From Candidatus Xenobia bacterium (lineage in GTDB: Bacteria > Vulcanimicrobiota > Xenobia > Xenobiales > QWHO01), in assembly GCA_045863235.1 (NCBI GenBank), contig BTUM01000039.1, positions 1 through 64,000 of the forward strand: a DNA stretch of 64,000 bases, read 5' to 3'. The notes under the pieces are model-generated. The model had not been told where the DNA came from and made no database searches. It saw only the letters and a program-made list of their open reading frames with translations. Positions 47,058 to 58,324 of this stretch are shown here, in pieces. The position numbers were made by a program, and so were the translations under genes. Numbering within the stretch: the first letter of the stretch is position 1; every line of letters starts with the position of its first letter.

Positions 47058-48258
47058 GCGCCCCGGCCGCCAGGGCCGAGAGCAGGGGAGCGGCCGGCAG
47101 CGTGTAGCGCGTCTCGACGTGCAAAAGCGAATAGGCCGTCGTCAGGCAGAGCAAGAAGCCCAACGGCAAGGCCATGGCCCGCAAATCAAAGCGCCTCACC
47201 AGACCCGCCAGGGCCAGCAGCAGCACCAGACGTTGCAGTCCTCGGGCGACTTCAACCAGGATGGGCACGCGCTCATCGCGGGGGAAGGCGTAGAGGAGCG
47301 GATCGCTGGCATCCCACCAGAGGTGCCAGGCCTGGTTGAGTACATGCAGCGCATAGCGGCCCGGATGGTCCTTGATGGCCTGGATGCCCACCCGGGTCAG
47401 CTCGTTGTTGACGGCTCGCACCCGCTCGGGCGGCAGGTCCTCCATGCCACCCCCAGGCAACACCGGTGACCACTGAATCAGGCCCTCTTTGTAGGCCTCC
47501 AGGCCATCACGGGTCAAGAAGACGCCCTGATCGAAGGTGACTCCGATGTAGATGGCATACCCGAAGCCGGTCACGGTCATGGGCGTGAAACGCCCCCCCA
47601 CCTGGTAGTTGCGGTAGGCCCAGGGCACCATGCACAGGCTCCAACACAGCACGGCCAGCGCCCCCATTCTCCAGGCGCGACTCAGGCCGGTCGCCAGGAG
47701 CAGTGCCACGACCGCGAAGGGCAGCATGGTGGGCTTGGTCAGGCTGAGCAGGGCCGAGAGCACCCCCAGGAGCGCGAAACGCCGCCAATTGACTTGCTCT
47801 GTGCAGCGCCAGGCCACCTCCACCACGGCGGTCAGCAGCACCGTGCTCAAGACGTCGTTCAGGGCCGGGATCGAGAAGAGTGCCCAGTAAGGGTTGAGCA
47901 CCAGGATGCTCACCGCCAGCAGGGCGTAACCTTCGCCGCCCAGCTTGCGCAGACGAGAGTAGACCAGCAAGGCCATGACCACCGTGAGCAAGCTCTGAAA
48001 GAGAACCACAGAGAGCTCCAGCGGCACGGGAATCATCATCAGCAGAGTCACCGCGATCGGCATCAGGGGGGGGCGCGAGATGTCCGGGTAGTAAGGCTCG
48101 CAGGGGCTGTGCGAAAAGCCGTGGCCTTCGAGCATGTTGTGGGCCAGCATGACGTGGTGGTAAGCATCGCCCAGCAAGCGCTGGGGAATCCAGGCGGCCA
48201 GGGCGAGGCGCAGCACGACCCCGAGGAGGAGCAACGCCGCCAGAGTCCTGTGTGCCAT
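46969..48258 (-). CDS. Membrane GT-C (ArnT/PMT-like) glycosyltransferase
   Basis: DA..H...A.N..EGHG, RPPLMP, LTKP, PWAYRN and ETRY..P motifs; multiple TM helices. Confidence 0.85.
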   Translation of the reverse strand: MAHRTLAALLLLGVVLRLALAAWIPQRLLGDAYHHVMLAHNMLEGHGFSHSPCEPYYPDISRPPLMPIAVTLLMMIPVPLELSVVLFQSLLTVVMALLVYSRLRKLGGEGYALLAVSILVLNPYWALFSIPALNDVLSTVLLTAVVEVAWRCTEQVNWRRFALLGVLSALLSLTKPTMLPFAVVALLLATGLSRAWRMGALAVLCWSLCMVPWAYRNYQVGGRFTPMTVTGFGYAIYIGVTFDQGVFLTRDGLEAYKEGLIQWSPVLPGGGMEDLPPERVRAVNNELTRVGIQAIKDHPGRYALHVLNQAWHLWWDASDPLLYAFPRDERVPILVEVARGLQRLVLLLALAGLVRRFDLRAMALPLGFLLCLTTAYSLLHVETRYTLPAAPLLSALAAGALTRLRPAPEAGSPPDASLPDVPAAPAPAE

Positions 48259-48303
48259 CCGATCGGCCCTTTCTTCAGTTTGGCGAGTTGACCTGTAGTC
48301 GAC
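48228..48303 (+). repeat. Direct repeat copy A (5' end and upstream region of the GT-C gene)
   Basis: Contains GCGAGTTGACCTGTAGTCGAC (48283-48303), identical to 49303-49323. Confidence 0.85.
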
Positions 48304-48493
48304 CAGTTTTGCGAGCGGGCGCTCCTGAATGGCGTCCACCGGGCCGCGGCCCTGTCCTGGCGAAGGCTCGTACGGAGCGGAAGCCACTACGTTGCCGCCG
48401 GATGGTCAGAGTCGAGTGCGCCCGTAGGCCGGGAGGCGCTTGCTGTGGGAGACCGCGAACTCCGGGGTAACGGACGCGAGTTGTCTGTCCGAG

Positions 48494-48531
48494 TTGACCT
48501 TTCAGGCTACCGACAAGTATACTGATCAGTA
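48494..48531 (+). promoter_or_regulatory. TA promoter with overlapping palindromic operator
   Basis: TTGACC-18 bp-TATACT; TACTGATCAGTA palindrome at 48520-48531. Confidence 0.7.
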
Positions 48532-48543
48532 CTCTGGAGGAAG

Positions 48544-48792
48544 ATGAGCAACCCAACGGTTCGGATCAGCCCACAAGCCCATTCGACTCTCAAGGCCCTG
48601 GCCGAAAGCTCGGGTGACACCATGCAGCAATTGCTCGACCGGGCTATCGAAGCTTATCGTCGTCAGTGTTTTCTCGAGGAGGCCAATGCCTCGTATGAAG
48701 CATTACGGGGCGATGCAATCTCTTGGGCTGAGTGGCAGGCAGAGTTGGAAGGCTGGGATTCAACGCTTCTGGATGGTCTCGGGCGCGAGTGA
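48544..48792 (+). CDS. Antitoxin (RHH-like)
   Basis: TVRIS...H..LK.LA...G..MQQLLDRAIE N-terminus and acidic tail; overlaps the toxin start. Confidence 0.85.
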   Translation: MSNPTVRISPQAHSTLKALAESSGDTMQQLLDRAIEAYRRQCFLEEANASYEALRGDAISWAEWQAELEGWDSTLLDGLGRE

Positions 48793-49133
48793 ATGTTCCC
48801 GCCAGGAGTGAGATCTGGTTTGCCGATTTGAACCCTGTTCGCGGTCACGAGCAAGGCGGGCATCGACCCGTTCTGGTAATCTCCGTCGACGCTTACAACC
48901 GTGGTCCGGCGGGTCTCGTGCTTGTTCTACCTGTCACATCAACGCAGCGAGGTGTGCGATATCACGTTACGGTCGAGCCGCCAGAAGGTGGGCTTACGAA
49001 TCCGAGTGATGTGCTTTGCGATGCCATTCGCAGCATATCCAGAGAACGATTGGGGCGTCGCCTCGGCGCAGTCGGTCCGGGGACCATGGCGGCTATCGAG
49101 GAGCGCTTGAAGATCTTGCAGGGACTGCCCTGA
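48789..49133 (+). CDS. mazF: PemK/MazF family toxin
   Basis: IWFADLNPVRGHEQGGHRPVLVIS, PVTST and IRSISRERL motifs. Confidence 0.93.
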   Translation: MNVPARSEIWFADLNPVRGHEQGGHRPVLVISVDAYNRGPAGLVLVLPVTSTQRGVRYHVTVEPPEGGLTNPSDVLCDAIRSISRERLGRRLGAVGPGTMAAIEERLKILQGLP

Positions 49134-49267
49134 TCGTCGCACATCTCTCCCGCTCATGAACTCGGTCGATTCTCCAGTGGACCGTCGATGCGTTCGAGAA
49201 GCTCCCGGCGAGCTCCGGTGAAGTGGCCCGGACGCCGGCGCAATCCACCCTCGAGCGGGATCCAGTC

Positions 49268-49323
49268 GGAGCAACCCGCCGGAGTCCTGTGAGCCATCCG
49301 GCGCGAGTTGACCTGTAGTCGAC
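49268..49323 (+). repeat. Direct repeat copy B (decayed duplicate of the GT-C 5' end)
   Basis: GGAGCAAC-CCGCCGGAGTCCTGTGAGCCATCCG plus the 21-bp identical block; minus strand reads MAHRT as in the intact gene. Confidence 0.85.
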
Positions 49324-49428
49324 GAGAGATTCTCAGCCATGTGAGCTGCTGAGGAGGGGCCCTTGTCGATGACCCGGAACCAGGCTGCCACGTATCGTAG
49401 TCATCAACCAGTATTGACGGAGGACCTC

Positions 49429-52128
49429 TTGACACGACTGCTGGCCCTGGCCTTGCTCGCTCTTTCCCTCGCACTGAGCGGTTGCGGCTCGGAAGAATCC
49501 ATCACCGGACAGGCGCCGGTCTCGGCCATCCTGGCTTCGGCCCGTATCGGCCCGGCCGGGGGCACCGTGACCGTGACCGAGGGTCCCTTTGCCGGCGCCT
49601 CCGTCACCATACCTCCCGGAGCCCTCCAGACCGAGGAGCTGATCACGATCGCCCCGGGCACCGGGCTGACTGAGCCGGGCTTCGACACCTGGGGACCGGC
49701 GCTTGCCTTCGGCCCTCCCGGCCTGCAGTTTGCCCTCCCGGTTCGGATCACGCTCCCCGTTCCGCCTCTGGAAAGCCTGGTTTCCGACTACCTGGCCGGT
49801 CACCTCGATGCGCAGGATCAGACCCTCATCCAGCCACTGGCCATGGCGGAGGGTCAGAGCTTGCTCGAGCTCGAGAGCTTCAATTTCTCGACCTTCCAGG
49901 GCCTGCGCCACCGCCGGGAGGCACCCACGCCGACCTCTTCCCCCCGACCGAACGTCGCCCCCAATACCCCGCTCTCTCCCGGCACCACGACCGGAAATGC
50001 CCCTCTGATCGCTCCGCTTTCTCCGGACACTTTCCTGACCACGGGGCTCAACCCCGACGGAACGCTGGCCAGCAACCCGGTCATCGACCGGGGCACAATC
50101 CTCTTTGACGGCCTCACCTACAACCTGCGCAGCTTGAGCCAGGGTGACTCCATTACCATCGGAACCGGGAAGAACCAGTTCAGCGCGGTGGTCTACTCCA
50201 TGGTTCCGGTCATGGCAACGACCGATTTTGCTTACGCGCATCTCAAGGAATTCTACCTCGACGACTCCAAGAACACTGTTCACCCCGATCCGATGCCGGC
50301 CACGAGCCAGCCCGGGACCATCAACAAGGGCTCCAAGTCCAGCGTGGGTCCCGCCCCGACCGCCAGCGCCTATGATCCCAATACGCCGGTGTATCTCACC
50401 TCCAACAACGCCACAGACAACGCCTTCTTCTTCCTGCCCAACCTGCCCAACGGACGCAACGCCAACGGTTATACCGACCATCTGGGGCTGACCGAGAACG
50501 TCTCCTGGACCTTCAATCCTTTCCTTTACACGTTTCTGGACAAGACCTACGACACGGGTCTGTTCTGGCGTTTCTGTCACGGCTGGGCCTCTCCCTCGGA
50601 GAATGCCAACCAGACGGTGCAGTGGAACCGGATGGATGCGACCAATCTCAACGCCGCGAACCCTGGCGGTGCCCCGCCCCTGCAACTGGCTGCAAACGCG
50701 GGGCAAGACCTGGTCAGCGCGACGATCATGGCTTTGAGCACGACCAGCCCCGGTGCTCTGGCCACCCTGTTCAGCGGCTGGGTCAATACCGGCGCGAATC
50801 AAGACAACAGCACCTGGACCAGCGTGCAGCAACTGCCATCGTGGCTGGCCTTCGGGGCCTTCGTGACCTACCAGCCAATGCCCGGCTTCCAGTGTAATCT
50901 CCTGCGCCAGAACACGCCGGCCGGCACCTACACGATGGCCGAGAATACCAGCATGCTCTTTGTGCGCAATACCGGTCAGGTGGAGATCCCGGCAGCTTCC
51001 TCGGGCACCACCGTCAGCGGTCCGGTGCCGCTGGTGCTACAGACCTGGACTGACCAGCGCTTTGCGGTCTATAACGCCCTGACCCAGGCCGTGCCTTCGA
51101 CCCAGGACCAGTATCCCGGCGAGGAGTACTATTACCTGGGGAACACCTATCTGCCGGGCAAAGCGGGCCTGGTGAACCGCTGGACCCACTACCCGAGGAT
51201 GACGCTGGTCAGCGCCACCGGGGTGGCCCAGCCCGACGAGCGCGACACGGACTGCTGGCTTGGCCTGCGAGGTGACCAGCCGTGGGATGTGATGGCCTGG
51301 ATGCAAGGCTACATCGTTCCCCCCGGTATCCTCCCGCAGCCCAATGACCTGGGCTACCTCGAGCAAGGTGGCCAGGCCGGCAAGCCCTTCATGCTGGGCG
51401 CCTCCCAGCAGGTCACCAGCCCGACCGATGCCAACGTGCTCGAGACCCTGCGGCTGGAGAACTCCAACTCGTTCTGGTGGGTGCAGGTTCCCAAGACGGA
51501 CAGCTCCCTGAAGCAGATGTATGCCGCCACCCTGTGCCTTGACCCGGACGGGTCCGGCGCCCTGGGTTACTTGCCGGTCGCCAAAGTGTGGTGGAAGTGG
51601 GTGCCCCAGAGCTTCGCCCTGCAATCGGGCAGCTACACCTGGACCGCTCAGGTCAGCCAGCTCGGCAGCTGGGTTCCCCAGTTCCAGTGGTTGGTGCAAA
51701 ACGGGCCGGAGCAGAAGGACAAGACGACCGGAGTCATTTCCTACCCGGCCAAAGGTTTCCCCTCCGGTTGGTTCAATCAGCTCCCCGGTCCCACCGATAC
51801 GGCCAAGCAGGGCACCTCCGGCAGCCCCAACGTCTACACCCTCGCGGGACCGGCCCCGGGCGGAGCCACCACCGGCTCCTCCATCAGCCTGACCGTTAAC
51901 GAAGCTGACCTTCCCACGAATGCAGCGCCTCAGGCCATCACCTGGAATCCCCCCGGCTCGGGTCCCTTCTCACCGGGGAAGGCCAAAACGACCGGTCAGG
52001 TGACCAACAGCGCCACCAGCAATCAGGTGGGAGACACGCTGCAGCGCTACACGATCGAGGCGGTGACGCCCCTGGCCTCGGGCGCTCCCAACTTTCTGAT
52101 CGTGCTCGGGCCGGCACCCACCAACTAG
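49429..52128 (+). CDS. Large lipoprotein with an N-terminal ZU5-like domain
   Basis: TTG after GGAGG; lipobox LSGC; IGPAGG.V...GASVTIPPGAL...FGPPGLQFALPVRITLP. Confidence 0.8.
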   Translation: MTRLLALALLALSLALSGCGSEESITGQAPVSAILASARIGPAGGTVTVTEGPFAGASVTIPPGALQTEELITIAPGTGLTEPGFDTWGPALAFGPPGLQFALPVRITLPVPPLESLVSDYLAGHLDAQDQTLIQPLAMAEGQSLLELESFNFSTFQGLRHRREAPTPTSSPRPNVAPNTPLSPGTTTGNAPLIAPLSPDTFLTTGLNPDGTLASNPVIDRGTILFDGLTYNLRSLSQGDSITIGTGKNQFSAVVYSMVPVMATTDFAYAHLKEFYLDDSKNTVHPDPMPATSQPGTINKGSKSSVGPAPTASAYDPNTPVYLTSNNATDNAFFFLPNLPNGRNANGYTDHLGLTENVSWTFNPFLYTFLDKTYDTGLFWRFCHGWASPSENANQTVQWNRMDATNLNAANPGGAPPLQLAANAGQDLVSATIMALSTTSPGALATLFSGWVNTGANQDNSTWTSVQQLPSWLAFGAFVTYQPMPGFQCNLLRQNTPAGTYTMAENTSMLFVRNTGQVEIPAASSGTTVSGPVPLVLQTWTDQRFAVYNALTQAVPSTQDQYPGEEYYYLGNTYLPGKAGLVNRWTHYPRMTLVSATGVAQPDERDTDCWLGLRGDQPWDVMAWMQGYIVPPGILPQPNDLGYLEQGGQAGKPFMLGASQQVTSPTDANVLETLRLENSNSFWWVQVPKTDSSLKQMYAATLCLDPDGSGALGYLPVAKVWWKWVPQSFALQSGSYTWTAQVSQLGSWVPQFQWLVQNGPEQKDKTTGVISYPAKGFPSGWFNQLPGPTDTAKQGTSGSPNVYTLAGPAPGGATTGSSISLTVNEADLPTNAAPQAITWNPPGSGPFSPGKAKTTGQVTNSATSNQVGDTLQRYTIEAVTPLASGAPNFLIVLGPAPTN

Positions 52129-52133
52129 CAGAG

Positions 52134-52168
52134 TGATGCAAAAGTCCTCGAAGAGGGCTTTTGCATCA
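52134..52168. terminator. Hairpin after the lipoprotein gene
   Basis: TGATGCAAAAGTCCTC-gaa-GAGGGCTTTTGCATCA. Confidence 0.7.
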
Positions 52169-52209
52169 TCCAGCTAGGGTTTTCCCGGCCGGGCCGGGAA
52201 GGCCCGGCC

Positions 52210-53484
52210 ATGCCCCCCAAGACCATCGCCTTCTTCCCCGAGGCCGCCTACGGCCCCGCCCTCAACTCGGTGGGCATCGCCCAGGCCTGCGAGAAGCTGG
52301 GCCACCGGGCGGTGTTCCTGACCGCGCCCGACCTGGCTGGCACCTACTCCGGCTACGGCTTCGAGGAGCACCTGGTGCCCATGTCGGCCCCCATGCCCGC
52401 CGAGGAGGCGGCCAGCTACTGGCAGACCTTCATCGATGGGCACATCCCCAACTTCAACAAGTCTCCCTACGAGCAGATCGACAACTACGTCAAGGATTGC
52501 TGGGACGCCATCGTGGAGACGGCGGTGTGGGCCCAGAAGTCGCTGCCCGAGGTGCTCGCGCGGGTGCAGCCCGACGTGGTGTGCGTGGACAACGTGATCT
52601 TGTTCCCGGCCATCAAGCAGTATGGCAAGCCCTGGGTGCGCATCATCTCCTGCAGCGAAAACGAGATCCCCGATCCAGACATTCCCCCGCACCTGTCGGG
52701 CTGCGGGCAAGACGACAAAGCCTGCTTTCAGGCCTTCGAAGAGCGCTTCAACCAGGTGATCGGCCCCATCCACCAGCGCTTCAACGTCTTTCTGGCCGAG
52801 CAGGGCGAGGCCCCCTATCCCCTGGGCCAGTTCTTCGAGGCCTCGCCTCACCTGAACTTGCTGCTCTATCCCGAGCCGGTCAAGTTCCGCCGCCGCCAGC
52901 CCCTCGACCCGCAGCGTTTCCAATACCTGGAAGGGTGCGTGCGGCAGGACGCGCCCTACCAGCTCCCTGCCTTTCAAACCAACCAGGACAAGCCTGTCGT
53001 GTACGTCAGCTTCGGCTCGCTCGGCTGCGGCGACGTGCCCACCCTGCAGCGCCTGGTGGAAGCCCTGGGCCGGCTGCCCTTGCGGGCCCTGATCAACGTG
53101 GGCGGCTATCTCGAGAGCTATCGCGAGGTGCCCCCGAACGTGCACCTCGACAAGTGGTTCCCCCAGCCTTCGGTCATCCCCCAGGTGGACGCGGTGATCC
53201 ACCACGGGGGCAACAACACCTTCACCGAGTGCCTCTACTTCGGCAAGCCGGCCCTGATCATGCCCTACGTCTGGGACGGCCACGACAATGCCACCCGGGT
53301 TCACGAGACCGGTCACGGTCTCAAGATGCACCGGGCCAACTGGACCTTCGAGGAGCTCTCTGAGGCCCTCGACACCCTGCTGACCGACCAGGAGATGGCC
53401 GCGCGGCTCAAGCGCAGCGCGGCCCAGATGCAGGCCAGTCCGGGCCCCGCCCGGGCGGCCGAAGCGATTGTGAGGCTGCTCTAA
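52210..53484 (+). CDS. GT1 (UGT/MGT-like) glycosyltransferase
   Basis: VYVSFGSL, WFPQ..V, HHGGNNT..E...GKP and P..WDGHDNA motifs. Confidence 0.9.
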   Translation: MPPKTIAFFPEAAYGPALNSVGIAQACEKLGHRAVFLTAPDLAGTYSGYGFEEHLVPMSAPMPAEEAASYWQTFIDGHIPNFNKSPYEQIDNYVKDCWDAIVETAVWAQKSLPEVLARVQPDVVCVDNVILFPAIKQYGKPWVRIISCSENEIPDPDIPPHLSGCGQDDKACFQAFEERFNQVIGPIHQRFNVFLAEQGEAPYPLGQFFEASPHLNLLLYPEPVKFRRRQPLDPQRFQYLEGCVRQDAPYQLPAFQTNQDKPVVYVSFGSLGCGDVPTLQRLVEALGRLPLRALINVGGYLESYREVPPNVHLDKWFPQPSVIPQVDAVIHHGGNNTFTECLYFGKPALIMPYVWDGHDNATRVHETGHGLKMHRANWTFEELSEALDTLLTDQEMAARLKRSAAQMQASPGPARAAEAIVRLL

Positions 53485-53485
53485 C

Positions 53486-54184
53486 ATGGCGATCATGCTC
53501 AAGTCCAGTGCCCCCCACGTGCGCGGCGTGGCCCGGGTGGATCAAGAACTGCTGGAGGTGGACTCCACCCTCAAGGTGGCCCCCATCCCGGTCGGCCCCA
53601 ACGACTGGCCCCAGATGGGCATCATCCGCTCGGAGCCCTCGCGCTGGCCGATGACCCTGGAGAGCTGCGATCAGCTGTGCCACTTCATGGAGGGGCGCGC
53701 CACCTGCACGCGCGAGGGCGAGACCATCGAGGTGGAGCCGGGCACGGTGGTGCACTTCAAGACCGGCTGGAAGGGCGAGATCCAGGTTCACGAGACGGTG
53801 CACTTCGTCTACGTCTGCTTTCCCGGCGCCCCGGCCGAGAAGACGCCGGTGCTGCGCGACGTGGCCACGGTGCCGGCCGAGAAAGACTGGGGGATCATCC
53901 CCACTATGCTCGAGGGTGAGTCGCGCACCAGCGGCATCTTGCTCTCGCGCGACGCCGACGGCGGGGCCGAGAGCGGCATCTGGATCTGCACCCCCGGCAA
54001 GTGGCACTGCCACGTCACCAGGGACGAGTTCTGCCACTTCCTGAGCGGGCGCTGCACTTACACCCACGACCGTAGCGGCGAGGTGATCGAGATCGAGCCC
54101 GACACCGCGGCCTTCTTCCCGAAAGACTGGAAGGGCACGTGCGTGGTCCACGAGACGGTGCGCAAGGTCTACTTCATCGCATGA
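53486..54184 (+). CDS. Tandem cupin (Cupin_3/EutQ-like) protein
   Basis: Two repeats, LCHFMEG...FKTGWKG...HETV and GIWICTPG...EFCHFLSG...FPKDWKG...HETVRKVY. Confidence 0.88.
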   Translation: MAIMLKSSAPHVRGVARVDQELLEVDSTLKVAPIPVGPNDWPQMGIIRSEPSRWPMTLESCDQLCHFMEGRATCTREGETIEVEPGTVVHFKTGWKGEIQVHETVHFVYVCFPGAPAEKTPVLRDVATVPAEKDWGIIPTMLEGESRTSGILLSRDADGGAESGIWICTPGKWHCHVTRDEFCHFLSGRCTYTHDRSGEVIEIEPDTAAFFPKDWKGTCVVHETVRKVYFIA

Positions 54185-55656
54185 GCGCTCTTCAGTACGT
54201 GGGGGGCAGGCTGGTGAAGGCCGCCGGCGCCCCTCGCAAGGTGCTGGATCCGGCCACGCTGCAAGAGGTGGGGGAGGTGGCTGAGGCCACCTCCGAGGAG
54301 ATCGAGGCCGCCCTGCAGGCGGCCGAGCGGGCCCGGCCCGCCTGGGCTCAGATGGACGCCAAAAGCCGGGCCAACGTGCTCCACCGCCTGGCCGACGCCA
54401 TCGAGAACGGGGACCGGCGCCGGGTAGCCGAGCTGATGACCCGCGAGATGGGCAAGCCCTTCCCCGAGGCCATGGGCGAGCTGGCCAACGTGGCCTCCAT
54501 CTTCCGTTACTGCGCCGAGCTTGCGCGCGACGAGGTGGGCCGGGTGGCCGGTCCCATCCAGCCGGGGTCGTTTCAGTATTCACGCGCCTTTCCGTACGGC
54601 GTGAGCGTGCACATCGTGCCCTTCAACTTCCCCATCCTGCTCTTGTCCTGGACCCTGGCCGCCTCGCTCGCGGCCGGCAATGTGGCCATCGCCAAGCCAG
54701 CCGAGGCCACCACCCTCTGCACCTGGGCGTTCTGCGAGCTGCTGGGCGAGGTGCTGCCCCCGGGCGTCCTCTCGGCCCTGGCCGGCGGACCGGCGGTGGG
54801 GCGGGCCCTGGTCGAGTCCGAGCGCACCCACGTGGTGGCCTTCACCGGCTCGGTGGCCGCCGCTCGGGCCGTAGGCACCGCCTGCGCCGAGCGCTTCAAG
54901 CCCTGTCTGCTCGAGGCGGGCGGCTCGGACGCGCTGATCGTCTCCGACAAGGCCCCTCTGGAGGTGGCCATCGCCGGCTCGGTAACGGCTGCCTTCCACC
55001 TCTCGGGCCAGATCTGCACCTCGGCCGAGCGCTTCTTCGTGCACCGGGATGTCCACGACCGCTTCGTGGCCGGGCTGGTGGAGGGTGCCCGCAAGCTGCG
55101 CATCGGCCACGGCCTGGAGCGCTCCGAGCTCGGTCCCCTGGTCTCGGAGGCGGCCCGGGCCAAGGTGGTCCGCCTGGTGGACGACGCCGTGGCCCGCGGG
55201 GCGCGCCTGGAGACGGGCGGGCGCATTCCGCCCGGACGCGATGTGGGCTGGTTCTACGAGCCCACCGTGTTGACCGGGGTGTCGCCTGACATGCCCATCT
55301 TCCACGAGGAAGTGTTCGGTCCGGTAGCCTCCATCTGCGCCGTGGACTCGTTCGAGCAGGCCCTGGAGCTGGCCAATCGCTCTGAGTTCGGGCTGGGGGC
55401 CTCGCTCTTCACCACCGACCTCTCCGAGGCCATGGCCTTCGTGGAGCTCATCGAGTCGGGCATGGCCTGGGTCAACAATCCCCTCATCGACAACGACGCC
55501 CTGCCCTTTGGAGGCTGGAAGCACTCCGGGGTGGGACGGGCCCTGGGCCGCGAAGGCCTGAACGCCTTTCGGCGCACCAAGATGGTGGTGGTGGACGCCA
55601 CCCCGAAGGTGCACGACTGGTGGTATCCCTACCCTGAGAGCGAGTTCTATTCCTGA
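54181..55656 (+). CDS. Aldehyde dehydrogenase
   Basis: PFNFP, FTGS, LEAGG, GQICTS and EEVFGP motifs. Confidence 0.93.
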   Translation: MSALQYVGGRLVKAAGAPRKVLDPATLQEVGEVAEATSEEIEAALQAAERARPAWAQMDAKSRANVLHRLADAIENGDRRRVAELMTREMGKPFPEAMGELANVASIFRYCAELARDEVGRVAGPIQPGSFQYSRAFPYGVSVHIVPFNFPILLLSWTLAASLAAGNVAIAKPAEATTLCTWAFCELLGEVLPPGVLSALAGGPAVGRALVESERTHVVAFTGSVAAARAVGTACAERFKPCLLEAGGSDALIVSDKAPLEVAIAGSVTAAFHLSGQICTSAERFFVHRDVHDRFVAGLVEGARKLRIGHGLERSELGPLVSEAARAKVVRLVDDAVARGARLETGGRIPPGRDVGWFYEPTVLTGVSPDMPIFHEEVFGPVASICAVDSFEQALELANRSEFGLGASLFTTDLSEAMAFVELIESGMAWVNNPLIDNDALPFGGWKHSGVGRALGREGLNAFRRTKMVVVDATPKVHDWWYPYPESEFYS

Positions 55657-56831
55657 TGCGCGTTCTTTTCATCGGCGGAGCCGGGCTGATGGGCTCGGGC
55701 AGCATCCGCGACATGCTCGACACCAGCCCTCACGAGATCATCGCAGCTGACTCCAGTGAAGAGCGGCTCTCCCGCCTGCCGGACCACCAGCGGCTGAGGA
55801 CCCGGGTGCTGGACGTCTCCGACCGCGCGGCCCTGCTGGCCGCCCTGCAAGATTGCGACCTCTGCGTCAACGCCGTGCCCACCTTCGCTGGCTACCAGAT
55901 GGCCATCTTCGAGGCCTGCCTCGAGGCCCGGCGGGCCTACACCGACTACGGCGGCATGGGCGTCTACACCGTCAAGCAGAAGGCCATGCACCAGGCCTTC
56001 GAGCAGGCGGGGGTGACGGCGGTGGTGGGCCTGGGCGCCGACCCGGGCCTCTCCAACGTGATCTGCCGGGCGGTGGCCGACCGTCTGGACTCGATCGAGA
56101 AGATCAACCTCTACTGGACGGGCGTGCGCATCGGTCCGGAGAGCCCGGTGCTGGTGCCCGCCTACAGCCTGTCCACCATCTTGTCCGAATATGCTAACCC
56201 CAGCATGCAGTTCCTGGACGGCGAGCTGCGCGAGGTCCCGGCCCGGGGCGGGGTGGAGACGCTGGACCTGCCCGAGCCGTTCGGCCGCACTACCTTCCTT
56301 TTCACCCAGCACTCCGAGCCCCTGACCATCCCGTTCGCCAGGGGGATCGCCGAGAAGGGGATCCGCGAGTTCACCTGGCGTCTCGCCCTGCCCATCCAGG
56401 ACCACCAGGCCTACGTGGCTCTGGCCCGGGCCGGCTTTGGCGACTACGACACCCCGGTGAGCGTGCCGGGAGGCACGGTCAAACCGCTCGACGTGTTGCA
56501 GGCGGTGATGGAGCGCCAGCGCCAGCGCACCCCTCCCCCCGCTTACGAAAGCCACGAGATCCACTTTGCGGTGGGGGTGGGCCAGCGCCAGGGGCGGGCC
56601 ACCCGGGTCACCGCCCGCGTCATCGGGCGCCCCCATCCGGCCTACGAGCCTTACGCCGACGCGGCCACCTCCATGTTCTTGTCCATCGGCGTGCAGCAGA
56701 TGCTGGACCGGCCGCTGGTTCCCGGGGTGTGGGCCCCGGAGGAGTGCTTCGACCCGGACGCTTTCCTGGCCGAGGTGACCAGGCGCCACTTCGAGGTGTC
56801 CATCGAAACCGTCAGCACGGAGGCGTTCTAG
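55656..56831 (+). CDS. Saccharopine dehydrogenase/carboxynorspermidine synthase family oxidoreductase
   Basis: GGAGLMG, YTDYGG, GADPGLSN, HSEP and GVWAPEE motifs. Confidence 0.88.
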   Translation: MRVLFIGGAGLMGSGSIRDMLDTSPHEIIAADSSEERLSRLPDHQRLRTRVLDVSDRAALLAALQDCDLCVNAVPTFAGYQMAIFEACLEARRAYTDYGGMGVYTVKQKAMHQAFEQAGVTAVVGLGADPGLSNVICRAVADRLDSIEKINLYWTGVRIGPESPVLVPAYSLSTILSEYANPSMQFLDGELREVPARGGVETLDLPEPFGRTTFLFTQHSEPLTIPFARGIAEKGIREFTWRLALPIQDHQAYVALARAGFGDYDTPVSVPGGTVKPLDVLQAVMERQRQRTPPPAYESHEIHFAVGVGQRQGRATRVTARVIGRPHPAYEPYADAATSMFLSIGVQQMLDRPLVPGVWAPEECFDPDAFLAEVTRRHFEVSIETVSTEAF

Positions 56832-56833
56832 CC

Positions 56834-58324
<1,491 letters not shown>

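Noticed and set aside
48820..48840. tRNA T-loop-like GATTTGAACC
   Set aside because: It lies inside the mazF coding sequence and has no cloverleaf.
49877..49884. GCTTCAAT match to the CRISPR repeat tag
   Set aside because: An 8-bp chance match within coding sequence, with no repeat hairpin.
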